Origin: Dicyema japonicum
Taxonomy: Eukaryota > Animalia > Dicyemida
Assembly (NCBI GenBank): GCA_011109175.1
Contig: RDEW01000012.1
Span: 76,525-140,524, forward strand
Direction of reading: 5' to 3'
DNA length: 64,000 nt
The notes beneath the pieces were generated by a model. It was not told the origin of the DNA, ran no database searches, and was given only the letters and a program-made list of their open reading frames with translations. How positions within the stretch are numbered: the first letter of the stretch is position 1; the number at the start of each line of letters is the position of its first letter. The translations under genes were made by a program, and so were the position numbers. Below, one piece after another: positions 53,215-64,000 of this stretch.

Positions 53215-53520
53215 ATGTCTTCGACATCTATTGAGGCCAAGTTATATGCTTGTTGTGAACGTACTTTTATTGAGGATTTACGGACGAATCAGTCAATTGA
53301 TAATTCTTCAAGACCAAGACTACCTACTAAAAGGACCCGCCTATTACTACCCGAAAGTCATAGAGGGTTCAGAAAAGGAAGATCAACAGCTGATGCAGTA
53401 TGGAGTCACAGATGGAGATGTGCAACACATCAAAGATATTGCAATGCCACCCACATTCTGGGAATAGATCTATCAAAAGCATTTGACTCGATTAACAGGA
53501 ACAAATTGATTTATTTTTAT
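53215..53520 (+). mobile_element. RTE-like RT fragment
   Basis: GFRKGRSTADAVWSHRW..ILGIDLSKAFDSINR. Confidence 0.8.
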
Positions 53521-53574
53521 TTTAATAACCCCGGGAACACTGAGAAAGAAAGACAAAAGAGTCAGACAGTTAGG

Positions 53575-56510
53575 TGATCCCAGTCCTCGCAATCACTTGT
53601 GCCATTCGACGTCTGTGATCTTCCATCGTCCCCACTACTTTCCGGAAGAGCCTTCTCTCGGTCTTCAGAGGAATCCGATCGGGGAGGGGAATTTCTTATC
53701 CAATCGGTTTTCTCTTGCCATGGGGAGGATCAGGCAAAGCGGATTTCCATCTTCCTCACAGAAGCGAAGAAATCCGGAGCCACGACTACGGATCTTAGCT
53801 TCCATGAGTAGTGGGTCGACTGTTGATCCATTACGTGGGGAAAGCATACTGATTGTTTTCCTGTATATCGAGTTGATTCTTTGGACCAAAGACTCCGATA
53901 GCCCGAATCTCCATGCAACGGAGGCATACTCAATGGCAGGCGCGATTGTTTGTTGGTAGAGTGTAGAAACGGAAAAGTCCATGTTCCTCGTGGTCCTCCG
54001 AACAAGGGCGCGTATAACGTTAACTTTCTGGAGGCCCCTGGTGATCATGTCTGTTGCGTGGGAGTTGAATTTGAGAAGGCTGTCGTACTTGACTCCAAGG
54101 ACAGTGGGGGACCTTGTCACTGGAATCCTAGTGGGACCAATGAAAAGACTCGGTTCATCCTTGGAACGACGGTCCGACGTGAATGTGGAACAGATAGACC
54201 TTGGTTGCAGAAATCGTTAGTCGATTGCCAACAATCCAATCATGGAGAATGTCCAATTTTGTCTGAGTTTTAAGGGATGCGACTTGCGTCGAGCGGTTCC
54301 GTATTGCAATGACTACATCGACTGCGTAGGATAATAGCAGGGAATCTTCGTCTCCATCATTAGGTAGGTCGTGTAGGAAAGGTTGAATAGAATTGGTGAA
54401 AGTGGAGACCCCTGGGGTACCCCGTTCGGTAGTAATCGTGATCTAGATCTGAGATCACCACTGACTACTCTTCCACGTCTTCCAGACAAAAAGTTGGCCA
54501 GCCATAATTTCACATTCGGACGAATATTAGTAGAAAATATTTTTCCAACCAGATTTTCCTCGAAACAGTGTCAAAGGCTTTGTTGATGTCAATAGAAACC
54601 AAGATTGTGCGTTTGTGAGGCGGAGGATGGGTGTTAAAACCGTCGGCAATGAACTGCGATAAAGTTGCCAAGTATGTAGCGGTGGACCTACCGCGGAGGA
54701 AACCATGTTGAAATATAGGACGCGGAAGATACGGAATAATGACTGATAATACAAGTTTCTCCATAATTTTTGACAGTGTGCTGGTAACGGAAATAGGCCT
54801 GTAGGATGCAGGTTCTGGTCTCTAGTTCCCGCCTTCAATATCGGTCTGATGATAGAATTCTTCCAAATCTTGGAATAATATTATAGTTAATGGACAGGTT
54901 GTATATATGCGTGAGGTAGCCAATTGCGTAGTGGCTTAGGTGTTTTAGGTGAATAGAAGATACTTTGTCAGGCCCGCACGCCCGTGAGCTCTTTAATCTG
55001 GTGATCACATCCAAGACTTGGTCATCTGTGAATAGTTCGTGGTAAGGTTCCTTCTTCGGTTTATGGGCACGCACCTTAATGTCCAGGTGTTTCGAGAATG
55101 GTTTGAAGCTAATTCCAGCGTAATGTTTCATAAGGGTGTTAGGATGTAGGTGGCATAAGTGTTCAGGAGAAGACTTTCCGGTTCCGTCTGCATCATCCAG
55201 CTCCGACTTGACTTGTTTAAGAGTTTTCCAGAAATGTCGGGATGTACTTTTCCTGTCGAGGTGGTTAACTAGATGCTGCCATTTCTTGTCCTTGTGTTCT
55301 TTTATGCTCTGACAGATCTTTTATTCAGCTGTCTGAGGACTGTCAAAGACTTCATGTCCAACAGATGGCATCTCTTCAGCCGGTCTCTTTGTTTTATAAG
55401 ACTTATTGTATAAGAGCTGAGGGTAGGAATATATGACGAATAAAAATATGGTCAGCTTTCTGAATGGCAGCGCTGATAATTTCTGCGGCCTCGTCAATAG
55501 AGCGCATTGGGAGGATAATCTCCGGCCAAGAATTTATCCACAAGGTTACTGAAACCAGACCAGTCAACCTTCGTATAATCCTTGAATTTTTTTGATTCCG
55601 CCGGCCGTCTCCTGTATCGTCGAAGACCTCTCAATTTTAGAAGGATTGGATTGTGATCACTGGAGAAGCCGTAAAAGACGTTCCAGGAAATGAGTCCAGC
55701 CAGAGAAGGTGAGCATAGTGTTAAGTCGGGGGATGTGCAGCTATCAGTCATCCTTAATGGGGTCCTCGTATGTGAGTTAGGGTTGTTCAGTATAATCAGG
55801 TCAGGAAGATAATTTGCAATGAGTTCCCCTCGGTTATTAGAGGATTGGGAAGTGAGCCAAACTGGATGTCGTGCATTAAGATCCCCACATAACAGTAGAT
55901 TTTTCAATGTTGAAATGCGTGATAAATCAGGGGTGTAAGATGACGGACACGATCCTTGTGGAGGAATATATAAATTAGCCAAATGGATCCAAAAGGACGG
56001 GAATAACTCGATTTTGACAGTAATCTGCTCCAAAGTCTTGTCGGAGCCAAGAAGCTCTGAGGTTCGTTGAGTTGTATCCATAAAAGGAATATCGTTCTTT
56101 ATAATAGTAAGTAGTCCTCCTCCGCGTCCTCCCTGACGATCTTTACGGATCACTGTGTATCCGGGAAAAGAGGGTGTTGGTATGGAGGGAGATAGCTTGG
56201 ACTCCTGTATTAAAGCGAGGTCAGCCTCATTTTCGCGGAGGCTGGCCCGGAGTTCAAAGATTTTCTTCCTGTTCCCATTCGTATTCAGTTGTATAATTGT
56301 AAAACCTCTCCATGGAACAGAATTGGTTTCGACGTCCCCACATAGAAGAATCAAAAGTCTGGATAAATGGGGACACCAGACAGAGTCGAAACACAGGAGA
56401 TGAGAGGACCACCGGACGGTGGGGAGAAGCTGTTGGCTCTTTTCGTTCCATTTTGGAATGGGTGACACCGTTTCTGGTGAGCCACACGACATCACGCTAA
56501 CATTCAAAAT
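53575..56510 (-). mobile_element. Near full-length degenerate Ingi/Vingi-like LINE with 5' pseudoknot and 2A-like peptide
   Basis: LLILLCGDVETNSVP, QESKL, GDLNARH, SDHNPI, CGPD, QHGF..ST, DINKAFD, PQGSPLSP, VLGVKYD; C-terminus EDHRRRMAQVIARTGIT*. Confidence 0.82.
56432..56495 (-). ncRNA. Nested-pseudoknot RNA motif, copy 5 (at LINE 5' end; J4/2 = CGAAAA)
   Basis: GUGAUGUC GU GUGGCUC ACC AGAAAC GGUGUCAC CCA UUCCA AAA UGGAA CGAAAA GAGCCA. Confidence 0.65.
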
Positions 56511-56519
56511 TTTTAAACA

Positions 56520-57040
56520 AATTGATGATATTGCTGGAAGGGTTTATTGACGAATCGAGAATAAGAATAATCCAAATCCTTCTATCTAACACAGAGTTAG
56601 GAAAAACCTACTCAAGAAAATTTGAAACAAATACAGGCACTCCTCAAGGAGACTCCCTCTTTCCGCTACTATTCACAATATACTTGGAGGCCGCTATGAG
56701 GGAACTGAGAACATTATAACAAAGAAAAATAGATGTGATTTTCTGATGATGTCGACCTCATTTCTGAAGACAAAGAATTCCTGGAACATGTACTAGAAAA
56801 AGCACCAGATATACTTGGTTTTCTCACCGTAAACAGGGAAAAACAGAACGGACAGTCTCGAGATCATATCCTCTCGTTGGAGACTTTTTGGACACGTCCT
56901 GAGGTTGGATCCGAAGCCTTGATACGAATAAACTATGGAAGTCCAGTCACTCGACCAATACGTGTTTCTGTGAGGTCGAGGGAGGAGCATCGGGCCAAGA
57001 TGAGGTCCCTGCTAGAGCGTGCTGGGATCACGTGATTAGT
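56520..57040 (+). mobile_element. Mosaic of an RTE-like RT fragment and an Ingi-like 3' end
   Basis: GTPQGDSLFPLLFTIYLEAAMRELR; REEHRAKMRSLLERAGIT* followed by TTAGTTAG. Confidence 0.65.
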
Positions 57041-57089
57041 TAGTTTGTGTAACCGTGGTCTCTGGTGTCAATATTATTATTAAATGTTC

Positions 57090-57335
57090 ACTAATGACGG
57101 CGTCACTCGTCTAGCCAAAGCATCGTACATGCGTGGAACCTCAACCTTTATGTAGAGCTGCAGGATTTTAATTAGTGGCCATCAGGCCTCTTGTCGGCAC
57201 CCGCCCTGACATACACCCAACAAAAAGAAAAAAAGAAGTGAAGATCACGATTTGTTATAATAAGTGTTCTTTACTTTAATAAAGTATGTGTCTTGCCTGA
57301 GCGAAGCTATAGCTAATATGGCTCTCATAAAAGTG
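57090..57335. mobile_element. Diverged SINE copy with inverted 5' part and forward 3' part
   Basis: 57090-57150 is the reverse complement of SINE 29915-29976; 57210-57335 matches SINE 30020-30160 forward. Confidence 0.65.
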
Positions 57336-57518
57336 CTGTTTTTTAATTAATTTTACGATTTCCTAAATAGTTCCACTTCAAAGAGACGATCACTCTCTAA
57401 GAAACTCCAAGTTTAGGCGGAGAAACAAAATCTTCCAAGCACTAAAATTCTTTGGGAACTGAAGTCGCGAGAAACCCTCTAAGCTGTTTCCATTCAACAT
57501 TAAATCACCTTTACGATT

Positions 57519-59620
57519 TTGGTTGAGCTGGTGACGTGGCTCTATTGCACACATGTCTTTTTCGTGCTTTTCTTCGGGATCCTGATTCTGCACCCTTCGA
57601 ATTGCCCACACTACGGCATGGGATTTGCAATACAAAAAGAACTGAACAATCGAATCCACAAGACGTGGTTGGTGAGCGATAGAATATGTGTTTTACAATT
57701 AAAATACGGTGAAAGGAACAATTCCATAATCTCCATTATTAATGTATATGCACCAACTTCGGTGAGAGTATCAATCAATGGAAATGAACTAGACGACTCC
57801 TATTCCTCCTTGTCGCAAGTATATGCATCTTTGGAAACATCGTTCATGATATACATTGCCGGAGATTGGAACGCAAAGGCAGGACGTGGGAGTAGTCACG
57901 AAAAATTCATGGGAAGCCATGGAAGAGGGAGCAGGAAGCAGTCAGACTATTTCTATGCAATACTGCTTTCAGGCACTCAGCAAGACATAAGACGACATGG
58001 AGCTGCTACGAAAGGACAAATTTGGGACTATCAAGCCTATATATAACCAAATAGATTACATTATCTGCAAACAAGCCTACAAGGCATTTACTAACAGATT
58101 CTCGGAGCTACAGTGGGACACTAGTAGATAGTGATCACAGATTGGTTGTGGCACGTTTCCTTTTCAAACGATATTTTGGGGTTTCCAAAGCGGCTGGCAT
58201 AAGGATATCTGAAGGGAGGTTCGCAGTGGAGCAACTCTGCATGGTGGGACCGACTCGGGAAAGCTATCAAAAATATTGAGAGAAAAGATCAGACAGTGGA
58301 ATAAAGAAAAAATGCCTGGGGAGCTGTGGCAAGACACCATCGATGCAATAAAGTGCACGGCCCATTCAACAACTTGAGTAAAACCGAAGCATTTCAACGG
58401 ACAATATGACCACGAGTTTGAAGAATTATCCAAATTGCAGAGGAACCTACGTTTGCAGGTCGAAACCTGTTAGGACCAGGCAAAGGAACAGACTCTAAGA
58501 GTCATGCGGAATTAAACCTGTACAAAATAAAGAAAAGAAGAGGGAAATAAAGGAAAATAAACTTGTTGAAATGGCTAAAGAAGTAGAAACGCTTAAAAAC
58601 GGAGCGCATATGTTCAAGTGTTCATACTACATAGAGACACGCAGTTATCAAATATCATAATAGAGATCAGTTTGGGAAGACTATGTAAAACAAAAATGAA
58701 ATTTTATAGACCATATATAGCCATTATCTGCTGCCCTCAATAAAAACCTCGGGGAAAACATCAAACAATTCAATAGTGAAGCAAGAGATCTAAATATTCC
58801 GATAACGAATCTAAAAGCAAAAAAAACTTTAGACAAATTAAACAACAATAGAGCTGCTGGCTCTGACAACATAATTACAGAACCTCTCAAATATTCAACG
58901 GCCCAGATCTCTGAGCTATTAACTGAAATATACAACTAAATATTCAAATACAACTCACCCCTGGAGATAGGTAATGGCACACTAATTGCACTACAAAAAC
59001 CGGGGAAACCTACGGATTAAGACCCATCGTACTACTGACGACTCTCCGCAAGACATATCACTTATAGTGTTAAACAGGATTGGACCTGACATTGAGAACT
59101 TTCTCTCTCACGGTCAAAGTAGATTCAGGTCAGGGAGATCTACAGCTGATGTGGTCTGGGGACATCGATGGCTTTGTGCAATACATCAAAAGTACAAGGG
59201 GGCTACTGACATCCTTGGCATGAATATGTCCAAGGCTTTCGACTCTATACACAGAGGGAGACTTTTCGATATCTCGGAGAATTTGGTTGACGAGGACAGT
59301 GTCAGAATGATCCGTCTATTATTTGTAACAACGCAGCTAAGTGTACGTTTTGGAAATTTGGAGTCTGTCCCATTCGAGACAACGTTCGGGGTACCGCAGG
59401 GAGATTCCTTGTCACCGGTACTTTTTGTGACATATCTGGAGGAGGCACTCAGAGACTTCAGACTATTAATTGGCGATCTACCTCAAACTGAAGTGATTTA
59501 TGCAGATGATATCGACTATATATCCAGCGACGAGAAAACATTAAACTATATACGGACAAGGATGCCAGATGTCCTAGAAAAATGGTTCATCAAAATCAAT
59601 ACGGAAAAGACGGGCCACGT
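57519..59620 (+). mobile_element. Defective RTE-like LINE, sister of 17216-19210, retains RT core
   Basis: Same 5' start TTGGTTGAGCTGG and same lesions; GVPQGDSLSP, YADDI. Confidence 0.88.
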
Positions 59621-60560
59621 TTTGTACCTAAGCCTATTAATTTCTGTGATTACAAAAATGCAAATTGGACTGGCTTTACAAATTTTGTTGATTCAAAACT
59701 GCAATTCCACCCTGAAAATTTCTACTCCATAGACAGAGCTGTATACTATTTCAACAAAACAATCATTGACGGGAGAAAAATTTTTGTCAGAAAAGCATAT
59801 ATAAAATACGAAAAATTAAAAACAAAGAAAATAATTATGAAAAGAAACACCCTTAAGAGAATGACACATTCATCACGAGAGGTCATTAATCGAATCAGGG
59901 CATTAAACATTCTGATACGAAAAATACGACACCGAAGGAAGAAACTCAGCGAATCTCTGTTGCCATAAATAATCAGACCTCAATTTCCAACATGTGGAAG
60001 ATGTTGAGGCGTCTGAAGAACCCAGAATACGAAGATAACAAAGAACAATGCCAGCTCAATCTGAATAAATTTATGAAACATTGTATTCGAATCAGTAACA
60101 TTCCTTGTAAAAAGATTAACACACTACCGAAAATAATGAGAAAACCATCCAAAATGTCCCCGCTGATTTATTTTCTTCCTAAAGATGTATCCAAAGCAAT
60201 ATCAAATCAGAAAAAAAACAAACTCATGTGGCCCAGACGGAATTCCTCTTATTCTGCTGAAACACTTAGACCCAGCATCAATAAATGCATTAACAATCAT
60301 CTACAACACATCGCTAAACATAAATACCATACCGACTTTATGGAAACTAAACAAGTTCATAACTGAAAAACACAAGAACAAGCCAAAACAGGGAAAATCA
60401 GTCATATGTACAATCGACATTCAAAAAGCATTCGACTCTGTCCCAAGGAAGATACTCATACAAAAATTATTTTTGACAAAAATTGCTGCACCACTATAGT
60501 TATGGATAGCAAATTTCTTAAGTGGAGCCGAGGGAAAGTGTGCGTCGGAAACAAGAGCTA
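59620..60560 (+). mobile_element. I/Ingi-like LINE linker and RT fragment
   Basis: DYKNANWTGF, SCGPDGIP..LLKHL, IDIQKAFDSVPR. Confidence 0.7.
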
Positions 60561-60569
60561 GAAATGTGA

Positions 60570-61172
60570 TGCCTTGTAAGGAATCCTAGTGTGCTTCCTG
60601 GGGTTGTTGAGGATAGTCAGAGAGGTAAGTTGGTTTAATAAGGATAATCCTCTTGAGTCTACTGAATGTGATTTTAACCAGGCTGGATGTTTAGCATAAA
60701 AATCTCCACACAATATCAGGTTTCCAATCTTTTTTAACTTGGTTAGGTTTAGAGAGAATCCTTTTAAGCAAGATGGAAGGAGACGTAGATGTTTGTGATG
60801 TTGAGACTCCTGAATCCACTTGTAATTGATATCCCAGATATTTCCGTGGTCCCATCGTTTATTGGTGATTGTAATTTCGCTGAGATGTCCGTAAATCGAA
60901 TATTATCTCTTATAATGATGCGGAGACCCCCACCACGACGTTTTGAGAAGTCCAGGCGGATGCAGTGGTATCCTGGAAAATTCTGGGTAGGTGATGATGG
61001 AGTAAGTCTGCTTTCTTTAAGTAAAATCAATGTTATGTTCATGTTATGTTCTTTAATGAAAGACCGTAGTTCGAGAATTTTGCTTTTTGATTCCGTTGAT
61101 GTTTATCTGCAGAATTGAGAGTGGAGAGTCTGGATTAAGTTCAATGTCACTGACGAGAATTATCAGAAACCC
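60570..61172 (-). mobile_element. I/Ingi-like LINE 5' fragment: 2A-like peptide plus APE
   Basis: FLIILVSDIELNPDS then ILQININGI, KESRL..FPGY..RLD..RGGGL, ICGDFYAKHP.W. Confidence 0.7.
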
Positions 61173-61303
61173 ATTCGGTCGAGGGGGATTAAGAAAGGAA
61201 GAGGCCGTCATCCAAAGAGTCCTTCTTCGGATGGGATATACTTATTATCATTATTTATTATTATTTAAGCCAAAGAAACACCGTCTTAACCAATAACTAA
61301 TAT

Positions 61304-62150
61304 TCAGGTGATCCCGGCATCTCTCAATAATCGGGCCATTTTTTCTCGATGCTCCGACCGTGATCCCACACATTTTCTATACGGAGGGTGGTCTTTTTCC
61401 CCTCCTCTTCTGAAATTGCCTCCAGTTGCCTCTATGATAGACTCGAGTGCTCTGGGGGCAATTTCTTTATCTGTATATTTTTCCAGTAATTTTATTGCTC
61501 TTGACTGGATCTCTTGAGTTTTTGTTAGGTTCGTTGCCGACAGGTTAGATCCCCATGCAGCACATGCATAGCCTATTGTTGGCTCGACATACTGCTTGTA
61601 GAGGGTCCCGATACCTGGCGGATAAATTCCTCCACAGTTCCAAAAGAAGGCTTTGACAAAATTGATATTCTTTGCACAGGTTGATATGATGGATTCCACA
61701 TGGACTGAGAAGCAGAGGAAAGTATCAAAAGTTACTCCAGTATCTTCTGCGATTTCTTTTGTGGTATAGGTACTCCATTTAATGTGACATCAATTGTTTG
61801 CGTTCCCATCTTTCTATTCTTAGTAAATAGAGTGACTGCTGACTTTCCGGGACATGCATTTAATCGATTTTCGCACAACCATCCATATATGTTATTTAGT
61901 ATTCCTTGTAGTCTTTCTTTAGCATGACATTTACGTCCATAGATGTGACAACTATGTCATCGGCATAGGAAATTAGCATGTCATTATTATTCATAGGTAC
62001 GGGAAGATCATTCAAAAACAAATTAAAGAGTATTGGTGACAAAAGAGATCCCTGTGGTACACCATTGGGTAATAATCCCGATCTGGAACTCTTGTTTTCT
62101 ACGGACACTTTCCCTCGGCGTCCACTTAAGAAGAACATTTGATTTTCATT
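61304..62150 (-). mobile_element. I/Ingi-like LINE RT 3' fragment
   Basis: PQGSLLSPILFNLFL..SYADDIV, LGVTFD, LYKQYVEPT, HREKMARLLRDAGIT*. Confidence 0.8.
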
Positions 62151-62252
62151 AATAATCATAGAAACAAAAGACTATTCAATCATAAATAAAATTAAATAAA
62201 ATTAAATAAAAATTTGTATAATTTTGTGGTTATTTACTGATAGTCGTGGAAT

Positions 62253-63289
62253 ATGCCCAAACCTGATAATCGTTTATCATTTATTCAGAATTTCATTTGT
62301 GGAGGGAATGCGGGGGTTATTTGCCGAACAGTTTGTTCTCCTTTAGACGTCGTGAAAACTCTCCAACAGGTGGGAACAGCTGATGCAAGTTCTGGAATGG
62401 TCAAAACGTTTGTGAATCAGTACAGAAACGAAGGAGTCAGAGCATTTTACAAGGGAAATCTAATCGCCTGTCTTAGAGGATTCCCTTATTATGCTATACA
62501 ATTTGCCGTCTATGAACGATCTAAGCAAATATACAGCGGTCAAGGTTCTAAAGTGAGTGCTTTGGGGACCTCTATCTGTGGAGCAGTGGCAGGGATCTTT
62601 GCAGTCATTACAACTTACCCACTTGATATGGTCAAGACTAGACTTACTGCTCAACATGCCGATTTGTCTAAGGCCAAATATAAGGGAATAATCGATGCCT
62701 TCAGAGTAATAACCCGGGAAGAGGGTGTTCTGGCTATATATAAGGGAATGGGCACTTCTATTATTGGTAAATTATTTTTATACTTTAGGGGTCATTCCTT
62801 TCACGGCTGCTACTTTTTTCGCCTATGAGAATATTCAGAACTTTTATGGGTCAACCAAAAACAGGAGTCCAATTTATAATTTCACTGATGGATGCTTAGC
62901 GGGGGCGTTTGCACAGACTGTTAGTTTTCCATTCGACACCATTAGAAAGAAATTACAAGTAAATCACTAAATTATAATTCGAGGCACAAAGTTCCTTTAT
63001 TTCTGGGGGTGGGACTGATGTTGAATTTACAGGAATGATTGACGGTTTTAGACAAACTGTTCGGAAGTATGGCATCCTTGGTCTTTGGAGGGGGACTTTG
63101 GCAAACCTTGTGAAAGTACAATGTTTGTGGCAATTTTAGGTGGTACCATATGCTGGAGTAATGTTCTTATCATTTGAAGCCACGAAACGAGTATTCTTAT
63201 ACTCAAATGGATACACAATGAGTCCCCTTTGGCCTGATCCTATCCCTGGTGTGGACCAGTCTCAGTCTATTTATGACAAGAGGAAGTAA
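62253..63289 (+). CDS. SLC25A43: Mitochondrial carrier SLC25A43
   Basis: PLDVVK, YPLDMVKTRL and FPFDTIRKKLQ carrier repeats; KGNLIACLR and LYSNGYTMSP..PGVDQS match SLC25A43; introns at 62767-62788 (22 nt), 62959-62983 (25 nt), 63116-63139 (24 nt). Confidence 0.88.
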
Positions 63290-63344
63290 TTACATTTAAC
63301 TTTTAATATTTGTTGGGTTTAAATAAAGTTACTAAGCAACATAA

Positions 63345-64000
63345 ATGAGTGAAATTGGTAGTATTGCTGAAAAGGCTCCTGTTAGTTCGTATGAGGTGTA
63401 CAGATCAGAGGCTGAGGACTTGTATAGAAAGTCAATGTATCAGAAAGCCATTGACTCTTTTACAATGGTTTTCACTCTCATTAAATTGATGTAATAGGCC
63501 TTGGAACTTAAATCTGACGATCCCTACTGTTTAGTATCTCGAGCTCAATGTTATTTGATGAATGGACAAAACGAAAATGCTCTAAAAGATACAAATGCAG
63601 TTTTGGAAACAAACTCTGATTTTTACAAGGTCTACTATAACCGATAATTAAGGCCATATACATGAAGGCTGAGTGCTATTATCAGATTGGAAATTTCGAA
63701 ATGGCTTTGGTGTACTACCACAGAGGCCACAACATGCGTCCTGAAATTGAGGAGTTCTCTTTGGGAATAAAGAAGGCTTCGGAAGCAATTGAAAATAGTG
63801 TTGGAGGTTAATAACTTTAAACAAAACAGTCCCTGACGCAATTAGACTGAAAACAATTTCAAAGGGTGGATATTATTCCCAGGATAAATTCAGTGTAGAA
63901 TTTGTTGTATTACGTAGAAATTACCAAATATAATGGACACAGTTGGATGCTCTAAAACTAAATATGATGATCCCAGATTATCAAAACAGCTATTAGAAGA
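63345..64000 (+). CDS. TTC25: TPR protein TTC25/ODAD4 (outer dynein arm docking complex), 5' part
   Basis: CLVSRAQCYL..G..ENALKD, KAECYYQIGNFEMALVYYHRG..RPE..EF.LGIKKA.EAIENSVG; introns of 30, 23 and 23 nt; runs off the window. Confidence 0.85.

Noticed and set aside
61173-61265. In-frame ATG leader for the third 2A-like peptide (ATG at 61211)
   Set aside because: This stretch reads as plausibly as a plus-strand LINE 3' end with a TTA-rich tail, so the ATG may be coincidental

Overview
AT-rich eukaryotic nuclear DNA. It is mostly decayed transposable elements, with short islands of compact host genes that have tiny (20-30 nt) GT-AG introns and the standard genetic code. Host genes: importin-5 (IPO5), a SNAPC5-like small gene, TRMT10, an 88-aa orphan, a MAPKAP kinase, SLC25A43 and the ciliary dynein-docking gene TTC25/ODAD4 (cut by the window end). 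This combination suggests a ciliated animal with miniaturised introns such as a dicyemid (inference only). Mobile content: one intact RTE-like LINE (1003 aa, 15-bp TSD) nested in a Ginger-type integrase transposon (TGT..ACA ends, 5-bp TSD); a complete MULE (9-bp TSD); a pogo element that splits a LINE and itself carries a SINE; a tRNA-derived SINE family; CRE-, R4- and hAT-like fragments; and a 4.1-kb array of a 45-bp unit grown out of LINE coding sequence. The most notable signal is a covarying nested-pseudoknot RNA with HDV-ribozyme-like topology in five copies. In the two longest copies it heads a LINE and is followed by a hairpin and a 2A-like (StopGo) peptide fused to the APE endonuclease, an Ingi/Vingi/L1Tc-like architecture with an atypical fold. 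All family assignments come from motif recognition by eye, not database searches. TE fragment boundaries without TSD/TIR support are approximate.
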